Source: Macrostomum hystrix (Eukaryota; Animalia; Platyhelminthes). Taken from it: 64,000 nucleotides of DNA. The stretch's first letter is position 1; every line of letters begins with the position of its first letter. Below, piece by piece: positions 25,001 through 39,330 of the stretch. The notes under the pieces are model-generated. The model searched no databases, had not been told where the DNA came from, and was given only the letters and a program-made list of their open reading frames with translations. Both the position numbers and the translations under genes were made by a program. The DNA lies in assembly GCA_950097015.1 (NCBI GenBank), contig CATNEN010000033.1, forward strand, positions 1,426,001 through 1,490,000, written 5' to 3'.

Positions 25001-28000
25001 GATCCTTCATTGTGATTCCTACCATGAATGACGCAGGATTCACGGGAACTCATCAAGATCGGATCCTTCATCGTGATTCCTACCATGAATGACGCAGGAT
25101 TCACGGGAACTCATCAAGATCGGATCCTTCATTGTGATTCCTACCATGAATGACGCAGGATTCACGGGAACTCATCAAGATCAGATCCTTCATTGTGATT
25201 CCTACCATGAATGACGCAGGATTCACGGGAACTCATCAAGATCAGATCCTTCATTGTGATTCCTACCATGAATGATACAGGATTCACGGGAACTCATCAA
25301 GATCAGATCCTTCATTGTGATTCCTACCATGAATGATACAGGATTCACGGGAACTCATCACGATCGGATCCTTCATTCTGATTCCTACCATGAATGATAC
25401 AGGATTCACGGGAACTCATCAAGATCAGATCCTTCATCGTGATTCCTACCATGAATGATACAGGATTCACGGGAACTCATCAAGATCAGATCCTTCATTG
25501 TGATTCCTACCATGAATGACGCAGGATTCACGGGAACTCATCACGATCGGATCCTTCATTGTGATTCCTACCATGAATGACGCAGGATTCACGGGTACTC
25601 ATCAAGATCAGATCCTTCATTGTGATTCCTACCATGAATGACGCAGGATTCACGGGAACTCATCAAGATCGGATCCTTCATCGTGATTCCTACCATGAAT
25701 GACGCAGGATTCACGGGAACTCATCAAGATCGGATCCTTCATTGTGATTCCTACCATGAATGATACAGGATTCACGGGAACTCATCAAGATCGGATCCTT
25801 CATTGTGATTCCTACCATGAATGACGCAGGATTCACGGGAACTCATCAAGATCGGATCCTTCATCGTGATTCCTACCATGAATGACGCAGGATTCACGGG
25901 AACTCATCAAGATCGGATCCTTCATTGTGATTCCTACCATGAATGACGCAGGATTCACGGGAACTCATCACGATCGGATCCTTCATTGTGATTCCTACCA
26001 TGAATGACGCAGGATTCACGGGAACTCATCACGATCAGATCCTTCATTGTGATTCCTACCATGAATGACGCAGGATTCACGGGAACTCATCAAGATCGGA
26101 TCCTTCATTGTGATTCCTACCATGAATGATACAGGATTCACGGGAACTCATCACGATCGGATCCTTCATTGTGATTCCTACCATGAATGACGCAGGATTC
26201 ACGGGAACTCATCAAGATCGGATCCTTCATCGTGATTCCTACCATGAATGACGCAGGATTCACGGGAACTCATCAAGATCGGATCCTTCATTGTGATTCC
26301 TACCATGAATGACGCAGGATTCACGGGAACTCATCAAGATCGGATCCTTCATCGTGATTCCTACCATGAATGACGCAGGATTCACGGGAACTCATCAAGA
26401 TCGGATCCTTCATTGTGATTCCTACCATGAATGATACAGGATTCACGGGAACTCATCAAGATCGGATCCTTCATTGTGATTCCTACCATGAATGACGCAG
26501 GATTCACGGGAACTCATCAAGATCGGATCCTTCATTGTGATTCCTACCATGAATGACGCAGGATTCACGGGAACTCATCAAGATCAGATCCTTCATTGTG
26601 ATTCCTACCATGAATGACGCAGGATTCACGGGAACTCATCAAGATCGGATCCTTCATTGTGATTCCTACCATGAATGACGCAGGATTCACGGGAACTCAT
26701 CAAGATCAGATCCTTCATTGTGATTCCTACCATGAATGATACAGGATTCACGGGAACTCATCAAGATCAGATCCTTCATTGTGATTCCTACCATGAATGA
26801 TACAGGATTCACGGGAACTCATCACGATCGGATCCTTCATTGTGATTCCTACCATGAATGATACAGGATTCACGGGAACTCATCAAGATCAGATCCTTCA
26901 TCGTGATTCCTACCATGAATGATACAGGATTCACGGGAACTCATCAAGATCAGATCCTTCATTGTGATTCCTACCATGAATGACGCAGGATTCACGGGAA
27001 CTCATCACGATCGGATCCTTCATTGTGATTCCTACCATGAATGACGCAGGATTCACGGGTACTCATCAAGATCAGATCCTTCATTGTGATTCCTACCATG
27101 AATGACGCAGGATTCACGGGAACTCATCAAGATCGGATCCTTCATCGTGATTCCTACCATGAATGACGCAGGATTCACGGGAACTCATCAAGATCGGATC
27201 CTTCATTGTGATTCCTACCATGAATGATACAGGATTCACGGGAACTCATCAAGATCGGATCCTTCATTGTGATTCCTACCATGAATGACGCAGGATTCAC
27301 GGGAACTCATCAAGATCGGATCCTTCATCGTGATTCCTACCATGAATGACGCAGGATTCACGGGAACTCATCAAGATCGGATCCTTCATTGTGATTCCTA
27401 CCATGAATGACGCAGGATTCACGGGAACTCATCAAGATCGGATCCTTCATTGTGATTCCTACCATGAATGACGCAGGATTCACGGGAACTCATCAAGATC
27501 AGATCCTTCATTGTGATTCCTACCATGAATGACGCAGGATTCACGGGAACTCATCAAGATCGGATCCTTCATTGTGATTCCTACCATGAATGATACAGGA
27601 TTCACGGGAACTCATCACGATCGGATCCTTCATTGTGATTCCTACCATGAATGACGCAGGATTCACGGGAACTCATCAAGATCGGATCCTTCATCGTGAT
27701 TCCTACCATGAATGACGCAGGATTCACGGGAACTCATCACGATCGGATCCTTCATTGTGATTCCTACCATGAATGACGCAGGATTCACGGGAACTCATCA
27801 AGATCGGATCCTTCATCGTGATTCCTACCATGAATGACGCAGGATTCACGGGAACTCATCAAGATCGGATCCTTCATTGTGATTCCTACCATGAATGATA
27901 CAGGATTCACGGGAACTCATCAAGATCGGATCCTTCATTGTGATTCCTACCATGAATGACGCAGGATTCACGGGAACTCATCAAGATCGGATCCTTCATC

Positions 28001-31000
28001 GTGATTCCTACCATGAATGACGCAGGATTCACGGGAACTCATCAAGATCGGATCCTTCATTGTGATTCCTACCATGAATGACGCAGGATTCACGGGAACT
28101 CATCAAGATCGGATCCTTCATTGTGATTCCTACCATGAATGACGCAGGATTCACGGGAACTCATCAAGATCGGATCCTTCATTGTGATTCCTACCATGAA
28201 TGACGCAGGATTCACGGGAACTCATCAAGATCGGATCCTTCATTGTGATTCCTACCATGAATGATACAGGATTCACGGGAACTCATCAAGATCAGATCCT
28301 TCATTGTGATTCCTACCATGAATGATACAGGATTCACGGGAACTCATCAAGATCGGATCCTTCATTGTGATTCCTACCATGAATGACGCAGGATTCACGG
28401 GAACTCATCAAGATCAGATCCTTCATTGTGATTCCTACCATGAATGACGCAGGATTCACGGGAACTCATCAAGATCAGATCCTTCATTGTGATTCCTACC
28501 ATGAATGACGCAGGATTCACGGGAACTCATCAAGATCGGATCCTTCATTGTGATTCCTACCATGAATGACGCAGGATTCACGGGAACTCATCAAGATCGG
28601 ATCCTTCATTGTGATTCCTACCATGAATGATACAGGATTCACGGGAACTCATCAAGATCGGATCCTTCATTGTGATTCCTACCATGAATGACGCAGGATT
28701 CACGGGAACTCATCAAGATCGGATCCTTCATTGTGATTCCTACCATGAATGACGCAGGATTCACGGGAACTACTCAAGATCAGATCCTTCATTGTGACTC
28801 CTACCATGAATGACGCAGGATTCACGGGAACTCATCAAGATCGGATCCTTCATCGTGATTCCTACCATGAATGACGCAGGATTCACGGGAACGCATCAAG
28901 ATCAGATCCTTCATTGTGATTCCTACCATGAATGACGCAGGATTCACGGGAACTCATCAAGATCGGATCCTTCATTGTGATTCCTACCATGAATGATACA
29001 GGATTCACGGGAACTCATCAAGATCGGATCCTTCATTGTGATTCCTACCATGAATGACGCAGGATTCACGGGAACTCATCAAGATCGGATCCTTCATCGT
29101 GATTCCTACCATGAATGACGCAGGATTCACGGGAACTCATCAAGATCGGATCCTTCATTGTGATTCCTACCATGAATGACGCAGGATTCACGGGAACTCA
29201 TCAAGATCGGATCCTTCATTGTGATTCCTACCATGAATGACGCAGGATTCACGGGAACTCATCAAGATCAGATCCTTCATTGTGATTCCTACCATGAATG
29301 ACGCAGGATTCACGGGAACTCATCAAGATCGGATCCTTCATTGTGATTCCTACCATGAATGATACAGGATTCACGGGAACTCATCACGATCGGATCCTTC
29401 ATTGTGATTCCTACCATGAATGACGCAGGATTCACGGGAACTCATCAAGATCGGATCCTTCATCGTGATTCCTACCATGAATGACGCAGGATTCACGGGA
29501 ACTCATCAAGATCGGATCCTTCATTGTGATTCCTACCATGAATGACGCAGGATTCACGGGAACTCATCAAGATCGGATCCTTCATCGTGATTCCTACCAT
29601 GAATGACGCAGGATTCACGGGAACTCATCAAGATCGGATCCTTCATTGTGATTCCTACCATGAATGATACAGGATTCACGGGAACTCATCAAGATCGGAT
29701 CCTTCATTGTGATTCCTACCATGAATGACGCAGGATTCACGGGAACTCATCAAGATCGGATCCTTCATCGTGATTCCTACCATGAATGACGCAGGATTCA
29801 CGGGAACTCATCAAGATCGGATCCTTCATTGTGATTCCTACCATGAATGACGCAGGATTCACGGGAACTCATCAAGATCGGATCCTTCATTGTGATTCCT
29901 ACCATGAATGACGCAGGATTCACGGGAACTCATCAAGATCGGATCCTTCATTGTGATTCCTACCATGAATGACGCAGGATTCACGGGAACTCATCAAGAT
30001 CGGATCCTTCATTGTGATTCCTACCATGAATGATACAGGATTCACGGGAACTCATCAAGATCAGATCCTTCATTGTGATTCCTACCATGAATGATACAGG
30101 ATTCACGGGAACTCATCAAGATCGGATCCTTCATTGTGATTCCTACCATGAATGACGCAGGATTCACGGGAACTCATCAAGATCAGATCCTTCATTGTGA
30201 TTCCTACCATGAATGACGCAGGATTCACGGGAACTCATCAAGATCAGATCCTTCATTGTGATTCCTACCATGAATGACGCAGGATTTACGGGAACTCATC
30301 AAGATCGGATCCTTCATTGTGATTCCTACCATGAATGACGCAGGATTCACGGGAACTCATCAAGATCGGATCCTTCATTGTGATTCCTACCATGAATGAT
30401 ACAGGATTCACGGGAACTCATCAAGATCGGATCCTTCATTGTGATTCCTACCATGAATGACGCAGGATTCACGGGAACTCATCAAGATCGGATCCTTCAT
30501 TGTGATTCCTACCATGAATGACGCAGGATTCACGGGAACTCATCAAGATCAGATCCTTCATTGTGACTCCTACCATGAATGACGCAGGATTCACGGGAAC
30601 TCATCAAGATCGGATCCTTCATCGTGAATCCTACCATGAATGACGCAGGATTCACGGGAACTCATCAAGATCAGATCCTTCATTGTGATTCCTACCATGA
30701 ATGACGCAGGATTCACGGGAACTCATCAAGATCGGATCCTTCATTGTGATTCCTACCATGAATGACGCAGGATTCACGGGAACTCATCAAGATCGGATCC
30801 TTCATTGTGATTCCTACCATGAATGATACAGGATTCACGGGAACTCATCACGATCGGATCCTTCATTGTGATTCCTACCATGAATGACGCAGGATTCACG
30901 GGAACTCATCAAGATCAGATCCTTCATTGTGATTCCTACCATGAATGACGCAGGATTCACGGGAACTCATCAAGATCGGATCCTTCATTGTGATTCCTAC

Positions 31001-34000
31001 CATGAATGACGCAGGATTCACGGGAACTCATCACGATCGGATCCTTCATTGTGATTCCTACCATGAATGACGCAGGATTCACGGGAACTCATCAAGATCA
31101 GATCCTTCATCGTGATTCCTACCATGAATGACGCAGGATTCACGGGAACTCATCAAGATCGGATCCTTCATTGTGATTCCTACCATGAATGACGCAGGAT
31201 TCACGGGAACTCATCAAGATCGGATCCTTCATTGTGATTCCTACCATGAATGACGCAGGATTCACGGGAACTCATCAAGATCGGATCCTTCATTGTGATT
31301 CCTACCATGAATGATACAGGATTCACGGGAACTCATCAAGATCGGATCCTTCATCGTGATTCCTACCATGAATGACGCAGGATTCACGGGAACTCATCAA
31401 GATCGGATCCTTCATTGTGATTCCTACCATGAATGACGCAGGATTCACGGGAACTCATCAAGATCGGATCCTTCATTGTGATTCCTACCATGAATGATAC
31501 AGGATTCACGGGAACTCATCAGGATCGGATCCTTCATTGTGATTCCTACCATGAATGACGCAGGATTCACGGGAACTCATCAAGATCGGATCCTTCATCG
31601 TGATTCCTACCATGAATGACGCAGGATTCACGGGAACTCATCAAGATCGGATCCTTCATTGTGATTCCTACCATGAATGACGCAGGATTCACGGGAACTC
31701 ATCAAGATCGGATCCTTCATTGTGATTCCTACCATGAATGACGCAGGATTCACGGGAACTCATCAAGATCAGATCCTTCATTGTGATTCCTACCATGAAT
31801 GACGCAGGATTCACGGGAACTCATCAAGATCGGATCCTTCATCGTGATTCCTACCATTAATGACGCAGGATTCACGGGAACTCATCAAGATCGGATCCTT
31901 CATTGTGATTCCTACCATGAATGACGCAGGATTCACGGGAACTCATCAAGATCGGATCCTTCATTGTGATTCCTACCATGAATGATACAGGATTCACGGG
32001 AACTCATCAGGATCGGATCCTTCATTGTGATTCCTACCATGAATGACGCAGGATTCACGGGAACTCATCAAGATCGGATCCTTCATCGTGATTCCTACCA
32101 TGAATGACGCAGGATTCACGGGAACTCATCAAGATCGGATCCTTCATTGTGATTCCTACCATGAATGACGCAGGATTCACGGGAACTCATCAAGATCGGA
32201 TCCTTCATTGTGATTCCTACCATGAATGACGCAGGATTCACGGGAACTCATCAAGATCAGATCCTTCATTGTGATTCCTACCATGAATGACGCAGGATTC
32301 ACGGGAACTCATCAAGATCGGATCCTTCATTGTGATTCCTACCATGAATGATACAGGATTCACGGGAACTCATCACGATCGGATCCTTCATTGTGATTCC
32401 TACCATGAATGACGCAGGATTCACGGGAACTCATCAAGATCGGATCCTTCATTGTGATTCCTACCATGAATGACGCAGGATTCACGGGAACTCATCACGA
32501 TCGGATCCTTCATTGTGATTCCTACCATGAATGACGCAGGATTCACGGGAACTCATCAAGATCGGATCCTTCATCGTGATTCCTACCATGAATGACGCAG
32601 GATTCACGGGAACTCATCAAGATCGGATCCTTCATTGTGATTCCTACCATGAATGATACAGGATTCACGGGAACTCATCAAGATCGGATCCTTCATTGTG
32701 ATTCCTACCATGAATGACGCAGGATTCACGGGAACTCATCAAGATCGGATCCTTCATCGTGATTCCTACCATGAATGACGCAGGATTCACGGGAACTCAT
32801 CAAGATCGGATCCTTCATTGTGATTCCTACCATGAATGACGCAGGATTCACGGGAACTCATCAAGATCGGATCCTTCATTGTGATTCCTACCATGAATGA
32901 CGCAGGATTCACGGGAACTCATCAAGATCGGATCCTTCATTGTGATTCCTACCATGAATGACGCAGGATTCACGGGAACTCATCAAGATCAGATCCTTCA
33001 TTGTGATTCCTACCATGAATGATACAGGATTCACGGGAACTCATCAAGATCAGATCCTTCATTGTGATTCCTACCATGAATGATACAGGATTCACGGGAA
33101 CTCATCAAGATCGGATCCTTCATTGTGATTCCTACCATGAATGACGCAGGATTCACGGGAACTCATCAAGATCAGATCCTTCATTGTGATTCCTACCATG
33201 AATGACGCAGGATTCACGGGAACTCATCAAGATCAGATCCTTCATTGTGATTCCTACCATGAATGACGCAGGATTCACGGGAACTCATCAAGATCGGATC
33301 CTTCATTGTGATTCCTACCATGAATGACGCAGGATTCACGGGAACTCATCAAGATCGGATCCTTCATTGTGATTCCTACCATGAATGATACAGGATTCAC
33401 GGGAACTCATCAAGATCGGATCCTTCATTGTGATTCCTACCATGAATGACGCAGGATTCACGGGAACTCATCAAGATCGGATCCTTCATTGTGATTCCTA
33501 CCATGAATGACGCAGGATTCACGGGAACTACTCAAGATCAGATCCTTCATTGTGACTCCTACCATGAATGACGCAGGATTCACGGGAACTCATCAAGATC
33601 GGATCCTTCATCGTGATTCCTACCATGAATGACGCAGGATTCACGGGAACGCATCAAGATCAGATCCTTCATTGTGATTCCTACCATGAATGACGCAGGA
33701 TTCACGGGAACTCATCAAGATCGGATCCTTCATTGTGATTCCTACCATGAATGATACAGGATTCACGGGAACTCATCAAGATCGGATCCTTCATTGTGAT
33801 TCCTACCATGAATGACGCAGGATTCACGGGAACTCATCAAGATCGGATCCTTCATCGTGATTCCTACCATGAATGACGCAGGATTCACGGGAACTCATCA
33901 AGATCGGATCCTTCATTGTGATTCCTACCATGAATGACGCAGGATTCACGGGAACTCATCAAGATCGGATCCTTCATTGTGATTCCTACCATGAATGACG

Positions 34001-37000
34001 CAGGATTCACGGGAACTCATCAAGATCAGATCCTTCATTGTGATTCCTACCATGAATGACGCAGGATTCACGGGAACTCATCAAGATCGGATCCTTCATT
34101 GTGATTCCTACCATGAATGATACAGGATTCACGGGAACTCATCACGATCGGATCCTTCATTGTGATTCCTACCATGAATGACGCAGGATTCACGGGAACT
34201 CATCAAGATCGGATCCTTCATCGTGATTCCTACCATGAATGACGCAGGATTCACGGGAACTCATCAAGATCGGATCCTTCATTGTGATTCCTACCATGAA
34301 TGACGCAGGATTCACGGGAACTCATCAAGATCGGATCCTTCATCGTGATTCCTACCATGAATGACGCAGGATTCACGGGAACTCATCAAGATCGGATCCT
34401 TCATTGTGATTCCTACCATGAATGATACAGGATTCACGGGAACTCATCAAGATCGGATCCTTCATTGTGATTCCTACCATGAATGACGCAGGATTCACGG
34501 GAACTCATCAAGATCGGATCCTTCATCGTGATTCCTACCATGAATGACGCAGGATTCACGGGAACTCATCAAGATCGGATCCTTCATTGTGATTCCTACC
34601 ATGAATGACGCAGGATTCACGGGAACTCATCAAGATCGGATCCTTCATTGTGATTCCTACCATGAATGACGCAGGATTCACGGGAACTCATCAAGATCGG
34701 ATCCTTCATTGTGATTCCTACCATGAATGACGCAGGATTCACGGGAACTCATCAAGATCGGATCCTTCATTGTGATTCCTACCATGAATGATACAGGATT
34801 CACGGGAACTCATCAAGATCAGATCCTTCATTGTGATTCCTACCATGAATGATACAGGATTCACGGGAACTCATCAAGATCGGATCCTTCATTGTGATTC
34901 CTACCATGAATGACGCAGGATTCACGGGAACTCATCAAGATCAGATCCTTCATTGTGATTCCTACCATGAATGACGCAGGATTCACGGGAACTCATCAAG
35001 ATCAGATCCTTCATTGTGATTCCTACCATGAATGACGCAGGATTTACGGGAACTCATCAAGATCGGATCCTTCATTGTGATTCCTACCATGAATGACGCA
35101 GGATTCACGGGAACTCATCAAGATCGGATCCTTCATTGTGATTCCTACCATGAATGATACAGGATTCACGGGAACTCATCAAGATCGGATCCTTCATTGT
35201 GATTCCTACCATGAATGACGCAGGATTCACGGGAACTCATCAAGATCGGATCCTTCATTGTGATTCCTACCATGAATGACGCAGGATTCACGGGAACTCA
35301 TCAAGATCAGATCCTTCATTGTGACTCCTACCATGAATGACGCAGGATTCACGGGAACTCATCAAGATCGGATCCTTCATCGTGAATCCTACCATGAATG
35401 ACGCAGGATTCACGGGAACTCATCAAGATCAGATCCTTCATTGTGATTCCTACCATGAATGACGCAGGATTCACGGGAACTCATCAAGATCGGATCCTTC
35501 ATTGTGATTCCTACCATGAATGACGCAGGATTCACGGGAACTCATCAAGATCGGATCCTTCATTGTGATTCCTACCATGAATGATACAGGATTCACGGGA
35601 ACTCATCACGATCGGATCCTTCATTGTGATTCCTACCATGAATGACGCAGGATTCACGGGAACTCATCAAGATCAGATCCTTCATTGTGATTCCTACCAT
35701 GAATGACGCAGGATTCACGGGAACTCATCAAGATCGGATCCTTCATTGTGATTCCTACCATGAATGACGCAGGATTCACGGGAACTCATCACGATCGGAT
35801 CCTTCATTGTGATTCCTACCATGAATGACGCAGGATTCACGGGAACTCATCAAGATCAGATCCTTCATCGTGATTCCTACCATGAATGACGCAGGATTCA
35901 CGGGAACTCATCAAGATCGGATCCTTCATTGTGATTCCTACCATGAATGACGCAGGATTCACGGGAACTCATCAAGATCGGATCCTTCATTGTGATTCCT
36001 ACCATGAATGACGCAGGATTCACGGGAACTCATCAAGATCGGATCCTTCATTGTGATTCCTACCATGAATGATACAGGATTCACGGGAACTCATCAAGAT
36101 CGGATCCTTCATCGTGATTCCTACCATGAATGACGCAGGATTCACGGGAACTCATCAAGATCGGATCCTTCATTGTGATTCCTACCATGAATGACGCAGG
36201 ATTCACGGGAACTCATCAAGATCGGATCCTTCATTGTGATTCCTACCATGAATGATACAGGATTCACGGGAACTCATCAGGATCGGATCCTTCATTGTGA
36301 TTCCTACCATGAATGACGCAGGATTCACGGGAACTCATCAAGATCGGATCCTTCATCGTGATTCCTACCATGAATGACGCAGGATTCACGGGAACTCATC
36401 AAGATCGGATCCTTCATTGTGATTCCTACCATGAATGACGCAGGATTCACGGGAACTCATCAAGATCGGATCCTTCATTGTGATTCCTACCATGAATGAC
36501 GCAGGATTCACGGGAACTCATCAAGATCAGATCCTTCATTGTGATTCCTACCATGAATGACGCAGGATTCACGGGAACTCATCAAGATCGGATCCTTCAT
36601 CGTGATTCCTACCATTAATGACGCAGGATTCACGGGAACTCATCAAGATCGGATCCTTCATTGTGATTCCTACCATGAATGACGCAGGATTCACGGGAAC
36701 TCATCAAGATCGGATCCTTCATTGTGATTCCTACCATGAATGATACAGGATTCACGGGAACTCATCAGGATCGGATCCTTCATTGTGATTCCTACCATGA
36801 ATGACGCAGGATTCACGGGAACTCATCAAGATCGGATCCTTCATCGTGATTCCTACCATGAATGACGCAGGATTCACGGGAACTCATCAAGATCGGATCC
36901 TTCATTGTGATTCCTACCATGAATGACGCAGGATTCACGGGAACTCATCAAGATCGGATCCTTCATTGTGATTCCTACCATGAATGACGCAGGATTCACG

Positions 37001-37907
37001 GGAACTCATCAAGATCAGATCCTTCATTGTGATTCCTACCATGAATGACGCAGGATTCACGGGAACTCATCAAGATCGGATCCTTCATCGTGATTCCTAC
37101 CATTAATGACGCAGGATTCACGGGAACTCATCAAGATCGGATCCTTCATTGTGATTCCTACCATGAATGACGCAGGATTCACGGGAACTCATCAAGATCG
37201 GATCCTTCATTGTGATTCCTACCATGAATGATACAGGATTCACGGGAACTCATCACGATCGGATCCTTCATTGTGATTCTTACCATGAATGATACAGGAT
37301 TCACGGGAACTCATCAAGATCAGATCCTTCATCGTGATTCCTACCATGAATGATACAGGATTCACGGGAACTCATCAAGATCAGATCCTTCATTGTGATT
37401 CCTACCATGAATGACGCAGGATTCACGGGAACTCATCACGATCGGATCCTTCATTGTGATTCTTACCATGAATGACGCAGGATTCACGGGAACTCATCAA
37501 GATCGGATCCTTCATCGTGATTCCTACCATGAATGACGCAGGATTCACGGGAACTCATCAAGATCGGATCCTTCATCGTGATTCCTACCATGAATGACGC
37601 AGGATTCACGGGAACTCATCAAGATCGGATCCTTCATCGTGATTCCTACCATGAATGACGCAGGATTCACGGGAACTCATCAAGATCGGATCCTTCATCG
37701 TGATTCCTACCATGAATGACGCAGGATTCACGGGAACTCATCAAGATCAGATCCTTCATTGTGATTCCTACCATGAATGACGCAGGATTCACGGGAACTC
37801 ATCAAGATCGGATCCTTCATTGTGATTCCTACCATGAATGACGCAGGATTCACGGGAACTCATCAAGATCGGATCCTTCATTGTGATTCCTACCATGAAT
37901 GACGCAG
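16026..37907. repeat. 61-bp satellite array, ~359 copies, 21.9 kb (CAAGATCGGATCCTTCATTGTGATTCCTACCATGAATGACGCAGGATTCACGGGAACTCAT)
   Basis: Period of 61 (16027 and 16088); head-to-tail with sharp boundaries; one 60-bp unit near 19780; no unique spacers. Confidence 0.99.
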
Positions 37908-38377
37908 CATGGGAAATCATTCGTGATGTAATGACTGTAATGACAGTTACAATTATAATACAATACAACTGGTGGTGTGCACAGTGCTAAACTATATCTT
38001 CATACAGCCGAAGCTGTTTCCCATGGGTTTATCACGGCGCTGACCCGAAAATTCCATGAATACAACACGCAGGCTTGCCGCTAACACGAGTATTTAAGAG
38101 GTCTTCAGCCAAGCGAAACTTGTTTACTACGGGCAACAATCTCAGAGCCATAGTGATCTCTCTGTGTCTCTCTGTCCCTCTGTCACAGCGAGTTGTACAG
38201 GCGCATTGTGCAGGCGCATTGTGCAGGCGCATGCTCTATTATTTTAATAAATCCGCGAGAATTCCAAGGCTTGCCCATGGATTCTGCCATGCCCAGCCAG
38301 CTACAGTTAACTAATTGCTTTGGCAAGCCTTCAAGCTCAGCAGATCGCGGGATAACTTCATCGATTTTGAGCTGACC

Positions 38378-39076
38378 ATGCTTGCACAGATGAGCAGATA
38401 CCTGGTCCTGGCATTTGTGCTTCTGAGATTTGCTCAGCTGCTGCTGGCATGTCCTCAGGGCCAGTATGAGGATCCTCATATCGGCTGTCTCAACTGCCCA
38501 ACGCTACTAGCCGAGTCGGACTACAGGACCGCTTTCATGGCGGAGCACAAGGAATGCGCGATTGGTGCGGACAGCTACACACCGTCCAGCTCCACTGCCA
38601 CCACTTCACTGACCAGCTCAGCAACTGCTGATACAACAACTTCAAAAACCGACACCCCAACTACATCTACTACAGATGGTGAGTCAGCAGTGAGTCCACA
38701 TTGAGCTTAGTGTGTTCTGGTGATACTCAAGCAGCTCTTGGTCTCTTCTTCAGCCGCAGGCCCTGTCACCAGCTCCAGCTCCGCGAATGATGACGGTCAG
38801 CAATCGAAACGAACACCTGTTGCTATGGTGACAATCAGCGTAGCATTTCTGCTGCTGCTGTCGATTGTCAGTGCTTTTTCAAATTCTGCGCTTCGAAAAA
38901 CTGTGGTGCGATGCTGCCGCCGAGTCGTTCGCAGAGGCGGCGCGCCAACTTCTGATGTAGCTCCAACCGAATCAGAATTGCAGCGGTCACTACTGCAGTT
39001 GCCTGCGCAGAAGAGGACAACCAGCAGTCCTTGGACGCCGACAGTGGAGCTGCACCCACAGCAGTCGCCGGTGTAG
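38378..39076 (+). CDS. Type I membrane protein with a single TNFR-like Cys-rich module (paralog 1)
   Basis: Exons 38378-38678 and 38754-39076 joined by a phase-1 GT-AG intron. Signal peptide, CPQGQY-x6-C-x2-C-x19-C, S/T stalk, TM segment VAMVTISVAFLLLLSIVSAF, basic stop-transfer residues, tail ending SPV*. Confidence 0.8.
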
Positions 39077-39330
39077 GGCTATGACTCACACAGACGTGAC
39101 TTTAGTCGCAACCTGCTGCATTTAGAACGCAAATGATGCTTCTATACTAAGAAACCACGCTCAACAATTTCTAAATTTGTCTCTCTAACTTCATTTTCCG
39201 CTGCCATTCCAGAGAAAAGCCGGGGGAAAGACGCTCTTACTGTATTTAGATGACGCTGTTGCTCTACCCCTAGCAGCCAAGACCTAGCAGTCTCTCTGAC
39301 AGTTCACCCCAGAGCTGTTAAATAGCAAGC

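Noticed and set aside
16026-37907. 61-bp array as a CRISPR array or as coding sequence (ORFs 19661-19907)
   Set aside because: Head-to-tail units with no unique spacers and no cas genes, in a eukaryotic context; the short ORFs arise only from a 1-bp deletion and stop-removing variants.
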